Source: Escherichia coli
GTDB taxonomy: Bacteria; Pseudomonadota; Gammaproteobacteria; Enterobacterales; Enterobacteriaceae
Reading direction: 5' to 3' (one strand)
Assembly (NCBI RefSeq): GCF_009931435.1
Contig: NZ_CP043414.1
Length of the DNA stretch: 64,000 nt
A program made the translations under genes and the position numbers. The notes under the pieces were generated by a model. The model was given only the letters and a program-made list of their open reading frames with translations. It made no database searches and was not told the origin of the DNA. Shown here in pieces: positions 11,395 through 23,720 of this stretch (position 1 is the stretch's first letter; every line of letters begins with the position of its first letter).

Positions 11395-11891
11395 TTCGAG
11401 TAGAAATTCCAATTGATGCGCCGGGTATTGATGCCCTGCTGCGTCGTTCATTCGAAAGCGATGCGGAAGCGAAGCTGGTTCACGATCTGCGTGAAGATGG
11501 CTTTCTGACGCTGGGGCTGGTGGCGACAGATGACGAAGGTCAGGTCATTGGCTATGTGGCATTCAGTCCGGTTGATGTGCAGGGCGAAGACCTGCAATGG
11601 GTCGGCATGGCACCGCTGGCGGTAGATGAAAAATACCGTGGACAGGGACTGGCACGCCAACTGGTCTATGAAGGACTCGATTCGCTTAATGAGTTCGGCT
11701 ATGCCGCAGTGGTGACGCTGGGCGATCCGGCGCTGTACAGCCGTTTCGGCTTTGAACTGGCGGCACATCACGATCTGCGTTGCCGCTGGCCGGGCACTGA
11801 AAGCGCCTTCCAGGTACATCGTTTAGCGGATGATGCGCTGAATGGCGTAACCGGTTTGGTTGAGTATCACGAACACTTCAATCGCTTTTAA
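11388..11891 (+). CDS. yhbS: GNAT-family N-acetyltransferase YhbS
   Basis: 167 aa; acetyl-CoA-binding-like QGLARQLV motif; 7-nt overlap with ubiT stop. Confidence 0.85.
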   Translation: MLIRVEIPIDAPGIDALLRRSFESDAEAKLVHDLREDGFLTLGLVATDDEGQVIGYVAFSPVDVQGEDLQWVGMAPLAVDEKYRGQGLARQLVYEGLDSLNEFGYAAVVTLGDPALYSRFGFELAAHHDLRCRWPGTESAFQVHRLADDALNGVTGLVEYHEHFNRF

Positions 11892-12180
11892 TCTTTGGGG
11901 TTTGCAGGCTGCTCAACAGTTCTGCAAACCCTGCGCCTTCTGCTACCAGACGCTCTTTTTGCCGTTTGGTCAGTTGCTTGATGCGATATTCCATCCGTAA
12001 CGCCAGCGAGCGGTCGCCCACTGGCGCGGAAAACGCCAGCGTCAGTTCTCCTTTCCCGCGCAGTGCTTTCGCCCCTTTTCCGCTTTGGTGCTGCTGATAG
12101 CGGCGTTCAACATCCGTGGTGATCCCGGTATAAAGCTTATTGTCGGCGGTACGGATCAAGTAAAGAAACCAGGGTGTCAT
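11878..12180 (-). CDS. yhbQ: GIY-YIG domain protein YhbQ (UPF0213)
   Basis: ORF 11878..12192; start set at [27 protein letters not shown] (GIY-YIG signature). Confidence 0.85.
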   Translation of the reverse strand: MTPWFLYLIRTADNKLYTGITTDVERRYQQHQSGKGAKALRGKGELTLAFSAPVGDRSLALRMEYRIKQLTKRQKERLVAEGAGFAELLSSLQTPKIKSD

Positions 12181-12230
12181 CGTCTGCGTCACATGTTAAG
12201 GTCAGGCCCACAGTATAAAAGAGAACAGCT

Positions 12231-12653
12231 ATGGAAACACTCACCGCCATCAGCCGTTGGCTGGCAAAACAACATGTTGTCACCTGGTGTGTGCAGCAGG
12301 AAGGGGAATTGTGGTGCGCCAATGCCTTTTATCTTTTTGATGCACAGAAAGTTGCCTTCTACATTTTGACGGAGGAAAAAACGCGTCACGCGCAGATGAG
12401 TGGGCCGCAGGCGGCAGTTGCTGGAACGGTAAACGGTCAGCCGAAAACGGTAGCGTTAATTCGCGGCGTGCAGTTTAAAGGTGAGATCCGCAGACTGGAA
12501 GGTGAGGAAAGCGACTTTGCGCGCAAGGCGTATAATCGTCGCTTTCCGGTTGCCAGAATGCTGTCGGCGCCGGTGTGGGAAATCCGGCTTGATGAAATCA
12601 AATTCACTGACAACACGCTGGGCTTTGGTAAAAAAATGATTTGGCTACGTAGC

Positions 12654-12674
<21 letters not shown>
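12231..12674 (+). CDS. yhbP: UPF0306 protein YhbP (pyridoxamine-5'-phosphate-oxidase-like fold family)
   Basis: 147 aa ORF divergent from yhbQ. Confidence 0.8.
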
Positions 12675-13210
<536 letters not shown>

Positions 13211-13211
13211 T

Positions 13212-13262
<51 letters not shown>

Positions 13263-13289
13263 GGGAGCGCAAGGCAGACAATTCTGTAA

Positions 13290-13935
<646 letters not shown>

Positions 13936-14007
13936 TTATTCCCAAGAATTGATAGTGAGCGTAATATTCACGCGCTCAATTATCATAACTTATTCCTGGG
14001 GAATGCT

Positions 14008-15048
14008 ATGACTGGTCAGTCTTCATCTCAGGCGGCAACGCCCATTCAGTGGTGGAAACCCGCGCTTTTCTTTCTCGTTGTCATTGCTGGTCTCTGGTAT
14101 GTGAAATGGCAACCTTACTACGGCAAAGCGTTTACCGCCGCCGAAACTCACAACATCGGTAAATCAATACTCTCACAGGCGGATGCTAATCCGTGGCAGG
14201 CGGCGTTGGATTACGCGATGGTCTATTTCCTCGCGGTATGGAAAGCGGCGGTGCTGGGAGTGATCCTCGGGTCGTTGATTCAGGTGCTGATCCCTCGTGA
14301 CTGGCTGCTACGCACGCTTGGGCAATCGCGCTTTCGCGGCACGCTGCTGGGAACGCTGTTTTCGCTGCCGGGCATGATGTGTACTTGCTGTGCGGCACCG
14401 GTCGCGGCGGGGATGCGTCGCCAACAGGTGTCGATGGGCGGGGCGCTGGCATTCTGGATGGGCAATCCGTTGTTAAACCCGGCGACGCTGGTGTTTATGG
14501 GTTTTGTCCTCGGCTGGGGCTTTGCGGCGATTCGTCTGGTGGCGGGACTGGTGATGGTGTTGCTGATTGCGACCCTGGTGCAAAAATGGGTGCGTGAAAC
14601 ACCGCAAACACAGGCACCGGTCGAAATTGACATGCCGGAAGTGCAGGGCGGATTCTTTAGCCGCTGGGGTAGGGCGCTATGGACGCTTTTCTGGAGTACG
14701 ATCCCGGTATATATCCTTGCCGTACTGGCGTTGGGTGCTGCTCGCGTCTGGTTATTCCCCCATGCCGATGGTGCTGTCGATGACAGCCTGATGTGGGTGA
14801 TTGCGATGGCGGTAGCGGGATGCTTGTTTGTCATTCCCACGGCAGCAGAAATTCCGATTGTACAAACGATGATGCTGGCAGGTATGGGAACCGCTCCGGC
14901 GCTGGCATTGTTGATGACGCTTCCTGCTGTAAGTTTGCCGTCGCTGATAATGTTGCGTAAAGCGTTCCCGGCGAAAGCCTTATGGCTGACGGGTGCGATG
15001 GTGGCGGTGTCTGGTGTGATTGTCGGCGGGCTGGCGCTGTTGTTCTGA
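14008..15048 (+). CDS. yraQ: inner-membrane permease YraQ (UPF0718)
   Basis: 346 aa multi-TM ORF. Confidence 0.85.
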   Translation: MTGQSSSQAATPIQWWKPALFFLVVIAGLWYVKWQPYYGKAFTAAETHNIGKSILSQADANPWQAALDYAMVYFLAVWKAAVLGVILGSLIQVLIPRDWLLRTLGQSRFRGTLLGTLFSLPGMMCTCCAAPVAAGMRRQQVSMGGALAFWMGNPLLNPATLVFMGFVLGWGFAAIRLVAGLVMVLLIATLVQKWVRETPQTQAPVEIDMPEVQGGFFSRWGRALWTLFWSTIPVYILAVLALGAARVWLFPHADGAVDDSLMWVIAMAVAGCLFVIPTAAEIPIVQTMMLAGMGTAPALALLMTLPAVSLPSLIMLRKAFPAKALWLTGAMVAVSGVIVGGLALLF

Positions 15049-15054
15049 TTTGAG

Positions 15055-15245
15055 GGAAAACATGTCGGATGCGGCGTAAACGCCTTATCCGACCTACGGT
15101 TTGCATCGTTGCAGGCCTGATAAGACGCGGCAAGCGTCGCATCAGGCAACGGCAGTCGGATGCGGCGCAGGCGCCTTATTCGACCTACGGTTTGTGTCGT
15201 GTAGGCCTGATAAGACGCGGCAAGCGTCGCATCAGGCATTACAAG
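15055..15245. repeat. BIME: tandem array of about four REP units
   Basis: repeated gatgcggcgtaaacgccttatccgacctacgg / gcaggcctgataagacgcggcaagcgtcgcatcaggca units. Confidence 0.9.
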
Positions 15246-15251
15246 GTGCTG

Positions 15252-15827
15252 CTATTTAATAAACGTAAACGCTGTGGTTACACGTTTTACGCCGCTCACC
15301 CGACTGGCAATATCTGCCGCCGCTTTCGCTTCACGTTCAGTCACCAGCCCCATCAGGAACACTTCACCATTTTCAGTGGTCACTTTCACGTTGGAGGATT
15401 TCACCAGATCGCTGGTTAACAGCTGCGAACGCACTTTGGTGGTGATCCACGTATCGTTAGACGCTTCGCCCAGACCAATCGGCTGGCCCTGACGAATCTC
15501 GTTATACACTTCGTTGGCACCGTCTACGCCCATAGCAATCTGTTTGGCGCGAGCCGAAAGTTCAGCGTTTGGTGACTGCCCAACCAGCAGCACTTTGCCC
15601 TGATAGGCCGTTACATTAATGCGAGCTTCTTTCTTGATTTGTTCGTCTTTCGACAATGCGCTGTTCACGCGCACTTCCAGGGTTCCATCGTCCACCTGGG
15701 TGCCGACACTGCGTGGGTCAGTTGCGGCTTTTGTACCCACAGCCGCGGTGCCCACTACGGCGGCAGCAACGCAACCTTGCAACAGCAGTGCGGAAATAAG
15801 GACTGCGATTGGCGATAATGCCTTCAT
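15252..15827 (-). CDS. dolP: dual-BON-domain outer-membrane lipoprotein DolP (YraP)
   Basis: 191 aa; lipobox LLLQGC; two BON-like halves. Confidence 0.9.
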   Translation of the reverse strand: MKALSPIAVLISALLLQGCVAAAVVGTAAVGTKAATDPRSVGTQVDDGTLEVRVNSALSKDEQIKKEARINVTAYQGKVLLVGQSPNAELSARAKQIAMGVDGANEVYNEIRQGQPIGLGEASNDTWITTKVRSQLLTSDLVKSSNVKVTTENGEVFLMGLVTEREAKAAADIASRVSGVKRVTTAFTFIK

Positions 15828-15836
15828 GTATTCTCC

Positions 15837-16427
15837 TTAAACATCCTGGTGAGGGAAAAGCGTGTTATCGATCAGATCGCACAAGCAATTTACCGTCAGC
15901 ATATGCATTTCCTGAATGCGAGCACTACGATGCGAAGGAATGCGGATCTCCACATCCTGTGGCCCTAACAACCCTGCAAGTTCACCGCCGTCATAGCCAG
16001 TCAATGCCACAATGGTCATATCACGCGTAACAGCAGCTTCTACTGCTTTTACGATATCGCGGCTGTTGCCACGGGTGGAAATGGCTAACAACACATCTCC
16101 CGCATGCCCCAGCGCCCGCACTTGTTTTGCATACACTTCATCATGTAAGCGATCGTTGGCAATCGCCGTTAAGACAACATTATCAGTATTTAGTGCAATG
16201 GCAGGTAAGCTGGGCCGCTCCGTTTCGAATCGGTTGATCATGCTGGCAGCAAAATGCTGTGCGTTGGCAGCGGAAGTTCCATTACCACAACAGAGGATTT
16301 TGTTGCCATTGAGCAGAGACTGAACCAGCGTCATGGCTGCACGGGAGATGGCATCCGGAAGCGCCTCTGCTGCCGCAATTTGAGTTTGAATGCTTTCAGT
16401 GAAGCAAGCTTTAATTCGTTCTTGCAC
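15837..16427 (-). CDS. diaA: DnaA initiator-associating protein DiaA (SIS domain)
   Basis: 196 aa; SIS-domain phosphoheptose-isomerase-like sequence; position between yraN and dolP. Confidence 0.9.
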
Positions 16428-16446
16428 GCTAATCCTTAAACCTTAA

Positions 16447-16842
16447 TTATGAGTGGTCATTAAAGGCATCCTTAATCCACTCAACTTCATTCCCGGTGAA
16501 GGCTACCACATCGAACCGGCAATCCACAGTATCAAAACTCCCATTATGACGCGCGAGCCACAAGCGGGCAGTCTGTAATAATTTGTGTTGTTTGCTGCGG
16601 GTCACACTGGCTGCCGCACCACCGTAAAGGGCTGAGCGGCGGTAACGCACCTCGACAAAAACGGTGGTCCTGCCTTCACGCATTATCAGATCGATCTCGC
16701 CGCCACGCTCGTTCACGTTAGCGGCGACAAACCGCAGTCCTTTGCTCTCCAGCCAGCGACGCGCTTGTGCTTCCCACGCATCGCCGGTCTGTTTAGTGGT
16801 TAACTGGCGGGGACTACCTGACCTTGTTGGTACTGTAGCCAT
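16447..16842 (-). CDS. yraN: UPF0102 protein YraN (predicted Holliday-junction-resolvase-like nuclease fold)
   Basis: 131 aa ORF; overlaps lpoA 3' end. Confidence 0.85.
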   Translation of the reverse strand: MATVPTRSGSPRQLTTKQTGDAWEAQARRWLESKGLRFVAANVNERGGEIDLIMREGRTTVFVEVRYRRSALYGGAAASVTRSKQHKLLQTARLWLARHNGSFDTVDCRFDVVAFTGNEVEWIKDAFNDHS

Positions 16843-18836
16843 GATAACTTCCTGTTAATTACGCAATCCGGGTTAGCCGTCAGACTTCCGGTATTACCGT
16901 TGATTTCGAAACCCTGAACCTGGCGCATTTGTGAGAAATGATTTGCCAACGACCAGGCATCAACGCCCATCGCATACATGCGAGCCAGCGAATAATCGTT
17001 ATTCACCGCACTGAGCGCCTGCTGCATTAATGGCAGATTACCGCCCGCCAGCATCGGGATTTCGCTATATTGCAAACCTTCCATTTCCAGACGGAAATCC
17101 GGACCCGCGGTGCCTTGTGCGCTTCGGGAGCTTGCGTACAGCGTTGCACCGCTCTGGCTACCGTTACGCATGGCGATCATCGGTTTGATAAAAGCGATTT
17201 CACCCGGCGTTGCCACAATGTACACCGCATCGACACGACCGCCATTATTGGTGAACTGGTCATAGGTTGGCGTGGTTTGCAGCATTGGATTGTTGGTCGT
17301 TATGCCTGAATCGGTTGTCGCTCTGGGAGTAATCGGGCTACCGGTTAAAGCGATACCAGAACCACCGTTAACTCCCGCGCGTAATTCGCTGGTGGAACCA
17401 AATTTTTGTTGCAAAACGGTACCGCCGCCCAGCTTCTGCCACTCTTGCGCAAACGCATTGGCTACGCGATCGCCCAGCGAACTGCGAGGGATCAGCACCA
17501 GTGGCGCTTGTTTACCCTGGTCACGAATATGACGCGCTGCATCGCGCGCTTCGTCTTCCGGTGAAAGCGCGAAGTAACAAATATTGACGCGGTTTTCGAT
17601 ATTTTCCGGCTGGTTCAGTGCCAGCACGTTCAGCGGGGTGTTGCTTTTCAGTAACTCTTCAACGTTATTTTTCAGCAACGGACCGACCACAATACTCGCG
17701 CCATCCTGCTGAACCTGGTTGAGGATCTGGCTAAGCGGTTGTGATGAGGTATCATAAATTTTCAGCTCTGCGGATGGATTCGCGGGGGCGCTTACCGCCG
17801 CAGTGTTTGCCGCCGGGGCGCTTACAGGCACTGGTTGAGCCGCGGTTTCTTCGCCTGTCAGATCGCTAACCGAGGCTTGTGCCGGGCTGGCAACGCCGTC
17901 AACAGTTTGCTGCTGGGGTTGTTCTGCAACGTCTGCGATTGGTGCGGCAGTTGCCTGTGCCGCCACTGGCTGAGTGCCGATATTTTTCGCCGCTTCAAAG
18001 CCTTGCTGAATAGTGCGGCCAAATACTGCGGCCTGACCATTCAACGGCAATAACAGGGCTATTTTGTTGGTTGACGCTGGTTTAAATGCTTTTACGTTTA
18101 CCAACTGCGTAGGCAGCATTTTCGCGCCCGGGTTGTTCGGATAACGTTTCTGCCAGTCGGCGATCCCAGCTTTCATCATGTCGGGATCGTTACGGTTATC
18201 AAACCAGACGCGCTGCAGATCAAGCCAGCCTTGCAGAATATTTTCGTCGGCGTTGATCACCAGCGTATTCGCCTGGTCCTGAGTCATGGAGGAGAGTGCC
18301 TGCCATGTAGCATCAATATTCTGTTGCTTTTCTTTCGCGCCGAGCAGGGGTTCCTGAGCAATTAAGGCGCGCAGTAAATCAATGGAAGGACGCCCCTGAC
18401 TGGCATCGATTTTTGCCTGCCAGTAACGCGCCTGCTGGTTTTGATCTAAATCGGCAGGTGTGATTTTCGCCAGCAGGGTTTGTGCGCCAGCAAAATCTTT
18501 CTGCGCCAGCTTAATTTCTACTGCCAGAAGAGTTTTCTCGCGACGCTGGTAATCGTTCAGTTCCTGCGGCAGCTGGTTAAACAGCTCCACCGCCTGCCCG
18601 GTTTTACCTTCTTTCACCAGTGCACGAATGGCGAGTAATTGCCAGTTGATCCTGGTATCATCAGCGCTTTGCTGCATCTGCTGAAGATAAAAGGCAGAAT
18701 CAGCCTGCGCCGTGCCCTGCATATAGGCAGTGGACTGATCGGGAGTATGGGTGCCACAACCGGCGAAAATCAGGGCTGCCAGAACAACAGGCAGACAACG
18801 CGCGGCTTTCAAACGAGAAAATGTTGAGGGTACCAT
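16800..18836 (-). CDS. lpoA: penicillin-binding protein 1A activator lipoprotein LpoA (678 aa)
   Basis: ORF 16800..18866; start set at [27 protein letters not shown] (lipobox); N-terminal TPR-like and C-terminal periplasmic-binding-like domains. Confidence 0.9.
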   Translation of the reverse strand: MVPSTFSRLKAARCLPVVLAALIFAGCGTHTPDQSTAYMQGTAQADSAFYLQQMQQSADDTRINWQLLAIRALVKEGKTGQAVELFNQLPQELNDYQRREKTLLAVEIKLAQKDFAGAQTLLAKITPADLDQNQQARYWQAKIDASQGRPSIDLLRALIAQEPLLGAKEKQQNIDATWQALSSMTQDQANTLVINADENILQGWLDLQRVWFDNRNDPDMMKAGIADWQKRYPNNPGAKMLPTQLVNVKAFKPASTNKIALLLPLNGQAAVFGRTIQQGFEAAKNIGTQPVAAQATAAPIADVAEQPQQQTVDGVASPAQASVSDLTGEETAAQPVPVSAPAANTAAVSAPANPSAELKIYDTSSQPLSQILNQVQQDGASIVVGPLLKNNVEELLKSNTPLNVLALNQPENIENRVNICYFALSPEDEARDAARHIRDQGKQAPLVLIPRSSLGDRVANAFAQEWQKLGGGTVLQQKFGSTSELRAGVNGGSGIALTGSPITPRATTDSGITTNNPMLQTTPTYDQFTNNGGRVDAVYIVATPGEIAFIKPMIAMRNGSQSGATLYASSRSAQGTAGPDFRLEMEGLQYSEIPMLAGGNLPLMQQALSAVNNDYSLARMYAMGVDAWSLANHFSQMRQVQGFEINGNTGSLTANPDCVINRKLSWLQYQQGQVVPAS

Positions 18837-18900
18837 AATGTATCCAGTGATATTTTTTTTACGCAATGCTCAATATTAAATCGGCAATACGGACGACACA

Positions 18901-19764
18901 ATGAAACAACACCAATCGGCGGATAATTCTCAGGGCCAGCTTTACATTGTACCGACGCCAATCGGCAATCTGGCAGATATCACCCAGCGTGCGTTGGAGG
19001 TTTTACAGGCCGTTGATCTGATTGCCGCCGAGGATACGCGTCATACCGGTTTACTGCTGCAACATTTTGGAATTAACGCCAGGTTGTTCGCCTTGCACGA
19101 CCATAACGAACAACAGAAAGCCGAAACGTTACTGGCGAAGCTGCAGGAAGGGCAAAACATTGCGCTGGTGTCCGATGCCGGAACGCCACTAATTAACGAT
19201 CCCGGCTATCATCTGGTGCGTACCTGCCGAGAAGCGGGGATTCGCGTGGTGCCACTACCGGGGCCGTGTGCTGCTATCACTGCATTAAGTGCTGCGGGTT
19301 TACCATCCGATCGTTTTTGTTATGAAGGCTTTTTACCTGCCAAATCAAAAGGCCGCCGTGATGCGCTAAAAGCCATTGAAGCGGAGCCGCGCACGCTGAT
19401 TTTTTATGAATCGACCCACCGTCTGTTAGATAGCCTGGAAGATATCGTTGCGGTATTAGGCGAATCCCGCTACGTCGTTCTGGCGCGTGAGCTGACCAAA
19501 ACCTGGGAAACCATTCACGGCGCGCCCGTTGGCGAGCTGCTGGCGTGGGTCAAAGAAGATGAAAACCGTCGCAAAGGTGAAATGGTGCTGATTGTTGAAG
19601 GCCATAAAGCACAGGAAGAAGACTTACCTGCCGATGCCCTGCGCACGCTGGCGTTGTTACAGGCTGAGCTTCCGCTGAAGAAAGCGGCGGCGCTGGCGGC
19701 AGAGATTCACGGCGTGAAAAAAAACGCGCTGTATAAGTATGCGCTGGAACAGCAGGGGGAGTGA
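18901..19764 (+). CDS. rsmI: 16S rRNA (cytidine1402-2'-O)-methyltransferase RsmI
   Basis: 287 aa; tetrapyrrole-methylase-like fold; divergent from lpoA. Confidence 0.9.
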
Positions 19765-19768
19765 TTAC

Positions 19769-19803
19769 AGGCGTCGCAGCAAGAATAGAGCTGCAACGCC
19801 TAC
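19769..19803. terminator. hairpin shared by convergent rsmI and agaI (likely bidirectional terminator)
   Basis: aggcgtcgcag...ctgcaacgcct inverted repeat in the ~50-bp gap. Confidence 0.5.
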
Positions 19804-19813
19804 ACCGGGCGAT

Positions 19814-20581
19814 TTAACGACGACACATCTCATCAATCATGCATGTGAAATAGTTATGCAGCCATAAAAACGAAGCCGGGATAGCGGTAGAGACTTTAGC
19901 CGTGAGAAAACGTTCTGTCGCATCCTGCTTTCCTTCGCCAGTCACCAGTAGCAAAACTTCGCGGGTATTGAGAATATCCTTCAGGCCTAAGGTGATCCCA
20001 CGAGTCACGGGGCGACCCGCGGTTTTTAACATCTCATGTTGCTGTGTTCTGGCATCAAGTTGACTGATATGGCAGGCCGGTTGCAGGCTTTCTCCCGGTT
20101 CGTTCAGCCCAAGATGACCGTTTTTCCCCAATCCGAGAACGCATAAATCCAGACCGCCTTTGCGCGCAATCAGGTTCGTTACCCGTTCGCACTCTGTCTC
20201 ATTTATCTCTTCGGAGCGAAAGCTGATGAGCTGGTCTTCACGTAGCCCCAGCGGCTGCACGATATGCTGTTGAAGGAAAGTTTCGCAGGTGCCAGGCATC
20301 GTTAATGGCAGATCCACCCATTCGTCGAGCTTCACGAAGGTGAGCTGGCTGACATCAACCTGCTGCTGGTGGATTTTTTCTACCAGATAATGATACGTCA
20401 GTAATGGCGTGGCTCCGGTCGCCAGGCAAATCACGGCATCCGGTTTGCTACGGATCACGGCCAATAAATATTCGCTGGCACGTTCACTTAACGCCGTATA
20501 GTTTTCAACTTGTTGAAGGGTTTGCACAGGATGAAATTCCTTTAGTAAAGAGGCACCACCAGACGCAGTGCCTCGTTCCAT
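19814..20581 (-). CDS. agaI: galactosamine-6-phosphate deaminase/isomerase (NagB family)
   Basis: 255-aa ORF, last gene of agaS-kbaY-agaBCDI; NagB-like; true start may be a few codons downstream. Confidence 0.85.
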   Translation of the reverse strand: MERGTASGGASLLKEFHPVQTLQQVENYTALSERASEYLLAVIRSKPDAVICLATGATPLLTYHYLVEKIHQQQVDVSQLTFVKLDEWVDLPLTMPGTCETFLQQHIVQPLGLREDQLISFRSEEINETECERVTNLIARKGGLDLCVLGLGKNGHLGLNEPGESLQPACHISQLDARTQQHEMLKTAGRPVTRGITLGLKDILNTREVLLLVTGEGKQDATERFLTAKVSTAIPASFLWLHNYFTCMIDEMCRR

Positions 20582-21373
20582 TTACAAAATGCCGAATGCG
20601 GAACAAACAATAGAGAGCACAAAAGTCACGCCGATTAACAGCACCGGATGCGCTTTTTTCACCCGCAGGAAGTAATACATCAGCAGGGTATAGGCCATCG
20701 GTAAAATGTTCGGGAAGACTTTATCGAAGAAATCCTGCTGCAGGGCGACGCTGTGGGTACTGTCGATCGCAAACGATGTCACCACGTTAATATGCACATA
20801 CGAAGCGATCAGCCCGCCGATTACCGTGATCCCGAGGATGGTTGCCGAACGAGCAATCATCTGCGAGTTCTCTCGCACTTTATCGATCGCCTTCACGCCG
20901 ACTGAATAACCGACGTGGGTCCAGCCGACGCGCAGGAAGAAGATAAGCAGGTAAACGGCGAAAAATAGAATCGGCCCCAGCAAGTTTCCCTGGCTGGCAA
21001 ATGATGAGCAAATTCCCGCCATAATCGGCAATAAGGTAAACCAGAAAATCGCATCGCCAATCCCGGCGATTGGGCCAAACAGTGCCACTTTGAGGCCTTT
21101 AATGGTGTCGCGGTTTTCTCCTTTTTCTTCCATCGAAATTAATAACCCCATCAGGAATCCGACCAGATTCGGGTGGGTATTAATAAATTCGAGGTTATCT
21201 TTCATCGCCGCGCTTAGGCCCGGTTTGTCGTCCTTATAAATCTTTTTCAGGATCGGCAACATCGCCCAGGTAAAACCGCCCGCCTGCATCCTTTCGTAGT
21301 TAAAGCTTGCTTGTAGCAGTGACGAACGAAAGCCCAGACGGGTGATATCTTTTTTACTGATTTCAGATCCCAT
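20582..21373 (-). CDS. agaD: PTS mannose-family EIID component (galactosamine-specific), 263 aa
   Basis: ORF 20582..21520; start set at MGSEISKKDITRLGFRS, giving 11-nt overlap with agaC. Confidence 0.88.
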   Translation of the reverse strand: MGSEISKKDITRLGFRSSLLQASFNYERMQAGGFTWAMLPILKKIYKDDKPGLSAAMKDNLEFINTHPNLVGFLMGLLISMEEKGENRDTIKGLKVALFGPIAGIGDAIFWFTLLPIMAGICSSFASQGNLLGPILFFAVYLLIFFLRVGWTHVGYSVGVKAIDKVRENSQMIARSATILGITVIGGLIASYVHINVVTSFAIDSTHSVALQQDFFDKVFPNILPMAYTLLMYYFLRVKKAHPVLLIGVTFVLSIVCSAFGIL

Positions 21374-22166
21374 TGCTGTAGTCCTCTTCTTCATTTTTAC
21401 TGGCAACGGGCTGCGGTTGCGCTTGCTGCCGGGATTTCGCATTGAAAAACTCATACACCGCAAAGCCTGCGCCCAGTACGGCAACCGGCAACAGGTTGCT
21501 GACCTGGATGTAGCAAACAAACAGGAAACCGGCGATCAGGTAAGGGATATATTGCGCTTTGAACATTACGCGCAGCAGCAAGCCAAAACCAACGGCAGGC
21601 AGAATACCGCCAGCCACTTCAAAGCCGTGGGTCAGCCAGGCGGGCATCGCTTTCACCAGCGCCTGCATCGCCCCTTGCGCCAGGTAAGTACAGAGGAAAG
21701 CAATCACCGCATACGCTGAAGCGACGATGAGCATCGTTGTCCAGTTAAGTCGGGAAAACGCTGCTGTATCCGCCTCTTTCGCACAATTATCAGCTTTGGT
21801 CATGAATAATGAGAAAGCGGAATAGAAGAACAGAATGACGTACTGCATTAACAAACTAAACGGCAGACCAAGACCAATTGCCGTTTTGGCATCGACGCCC
21901 GTAGACCATGCAATGACGGTGGTCATCAGACCCGCCATAATTGGGTTGGGCGGCTGAACACCACCTGCGGGGGTTAATCCGGCGAAAGCCAGTTCTGTCA
22001 GGCCACCGGTAATTAAGCCAATCTGAATATCACCGAGAATAGCACCTGTAAGGGTACAAACGATTATCGGGCGGAATAAAAATAAGGCTTCCAGCCAAAA
22101 ATCAATCCCCAGAACGAAAACTAACGCCGCCAGGGATAATCCCTGAATTAGGGTTATTTCATGCAT
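21363..22166 (-). CDS. agaC: PTS mannose-family EIIC component (galactosamine-specific)
   Basis: 267-aa membrane ORF MHEITLIQGLSLAALVF... Confidence 0.88.
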   Translation of the reverse strand: MHEITLIQGLSLAALVFVLGIDFWLEALFLFRPIIVCTLTGAILGDIQIGLITGGLTELAFAGLTPAGGVQPPNPIMAGLMTTVIAWSTGVDAKTAIGLGLPFSLLMQYVILFFYSAFSLFMTKADNCAKEADTAAFSRLNWTTMLIVASAYAVIAFLCTYLAQGAMQALVKAMPAWLTHGFEVAGGILPAVGFGLLLRVMFKAQYIPYLIAGFLFVCYIQVSNLLPVAVLGAGFAVYEFFNAKSRQQAQPQPVASKNEEEDYSNGI

Positions 22167-22204
22167 TTTTATTACCTCAAACCAGTATTAAGGCGATTTT
22201 AAAT

Positions 22205-22681
22205 TTAGTCAGGGATTTGTTCTTTTTGATCGCCGGGGACGTCCTGAATAAAAATATTCACACCGCGTTGTTTAATAAAGCGTAAGTCCGCGAGATCTTG
22301 ATCGTCGATATAAACTTTACTGCTGATTTGCTTTTTACCTTCCGAGAAATGCATATTGCCGACGTTGACATCTTTCAGGTCAATGCCACCTTCTATCAAT
22401 TTACGTACCGTTTGCGGCGTACGGCAAATCAAGAAGATTTTCTGATGCGGTGCAGCTTTGCCGATGACGTTAATGGTTTTTTCGATAGTAAAGAAACGAA
22501 TGCCAAAGCCGTAGGTTTCCGCGGTAATACCCATTAATTTTTGTTGAATATCATCGTTAGCGACAACATCATCCACGACTACCAGCAGATTTGCACCGAT
22601 GGTAGATGTCCAGGTCACACCAACCTGACCGTGAACCAGACGGTTATCAATACGGGTTAAGAGAATATTTGGACTGCTCAT
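22205..22681 (-). CDS. agaB: PTS mannose-family EIIB component (galactosamine-specific)
   Basis: 158 aa; RIDNRLVHGQV phospho-His region. Confidence 0.88.
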   Translation of the reverse strand: MSSPNILLTRIDNRLVHGQVGVTWTSTIGANLLVVVDDVVANDDIQQKLMGITAETYGFGIRFFTIEKTINVIGKAAPHQKIFLICRTPQTVRKLIEGGIDLKDVNVGNMHFSEGKKQISSKVYIDDQDLADLRFIKQRGVNIFIQDVPGDQKEQIPD

Positions 22682-22847
22682 TGTGTAATCCTCACCATAA
22701 AGTTGAATAATATAATTTTTTTAAATATATTATTGTTGCGATATTTTACTGATGTATTTATTAAGGTTTAGTTATCTCCTTTACCATTAAGGCACTCCCC
22801 GATATTAATCGGGAAGTACATTGGGATAAATCATAAAAAACTAATGA

Positions 22848-23720
<873 letters not shown>

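Noticed and set aside
14280-15239. 319-aa minus-strand ORF overlapping yraQ and the BIME array
   Set aside because: Antisense to yraQ and runs through REP repeats; contains duplicated REP-derived peptide segments; not coding
15055-15245. Possible CRISPR array (tandem direct repeats)
   Set aside because: Repeat units are classic REP palindromes in alternating orientation without unique spacers of constant length; no cas genes nearby
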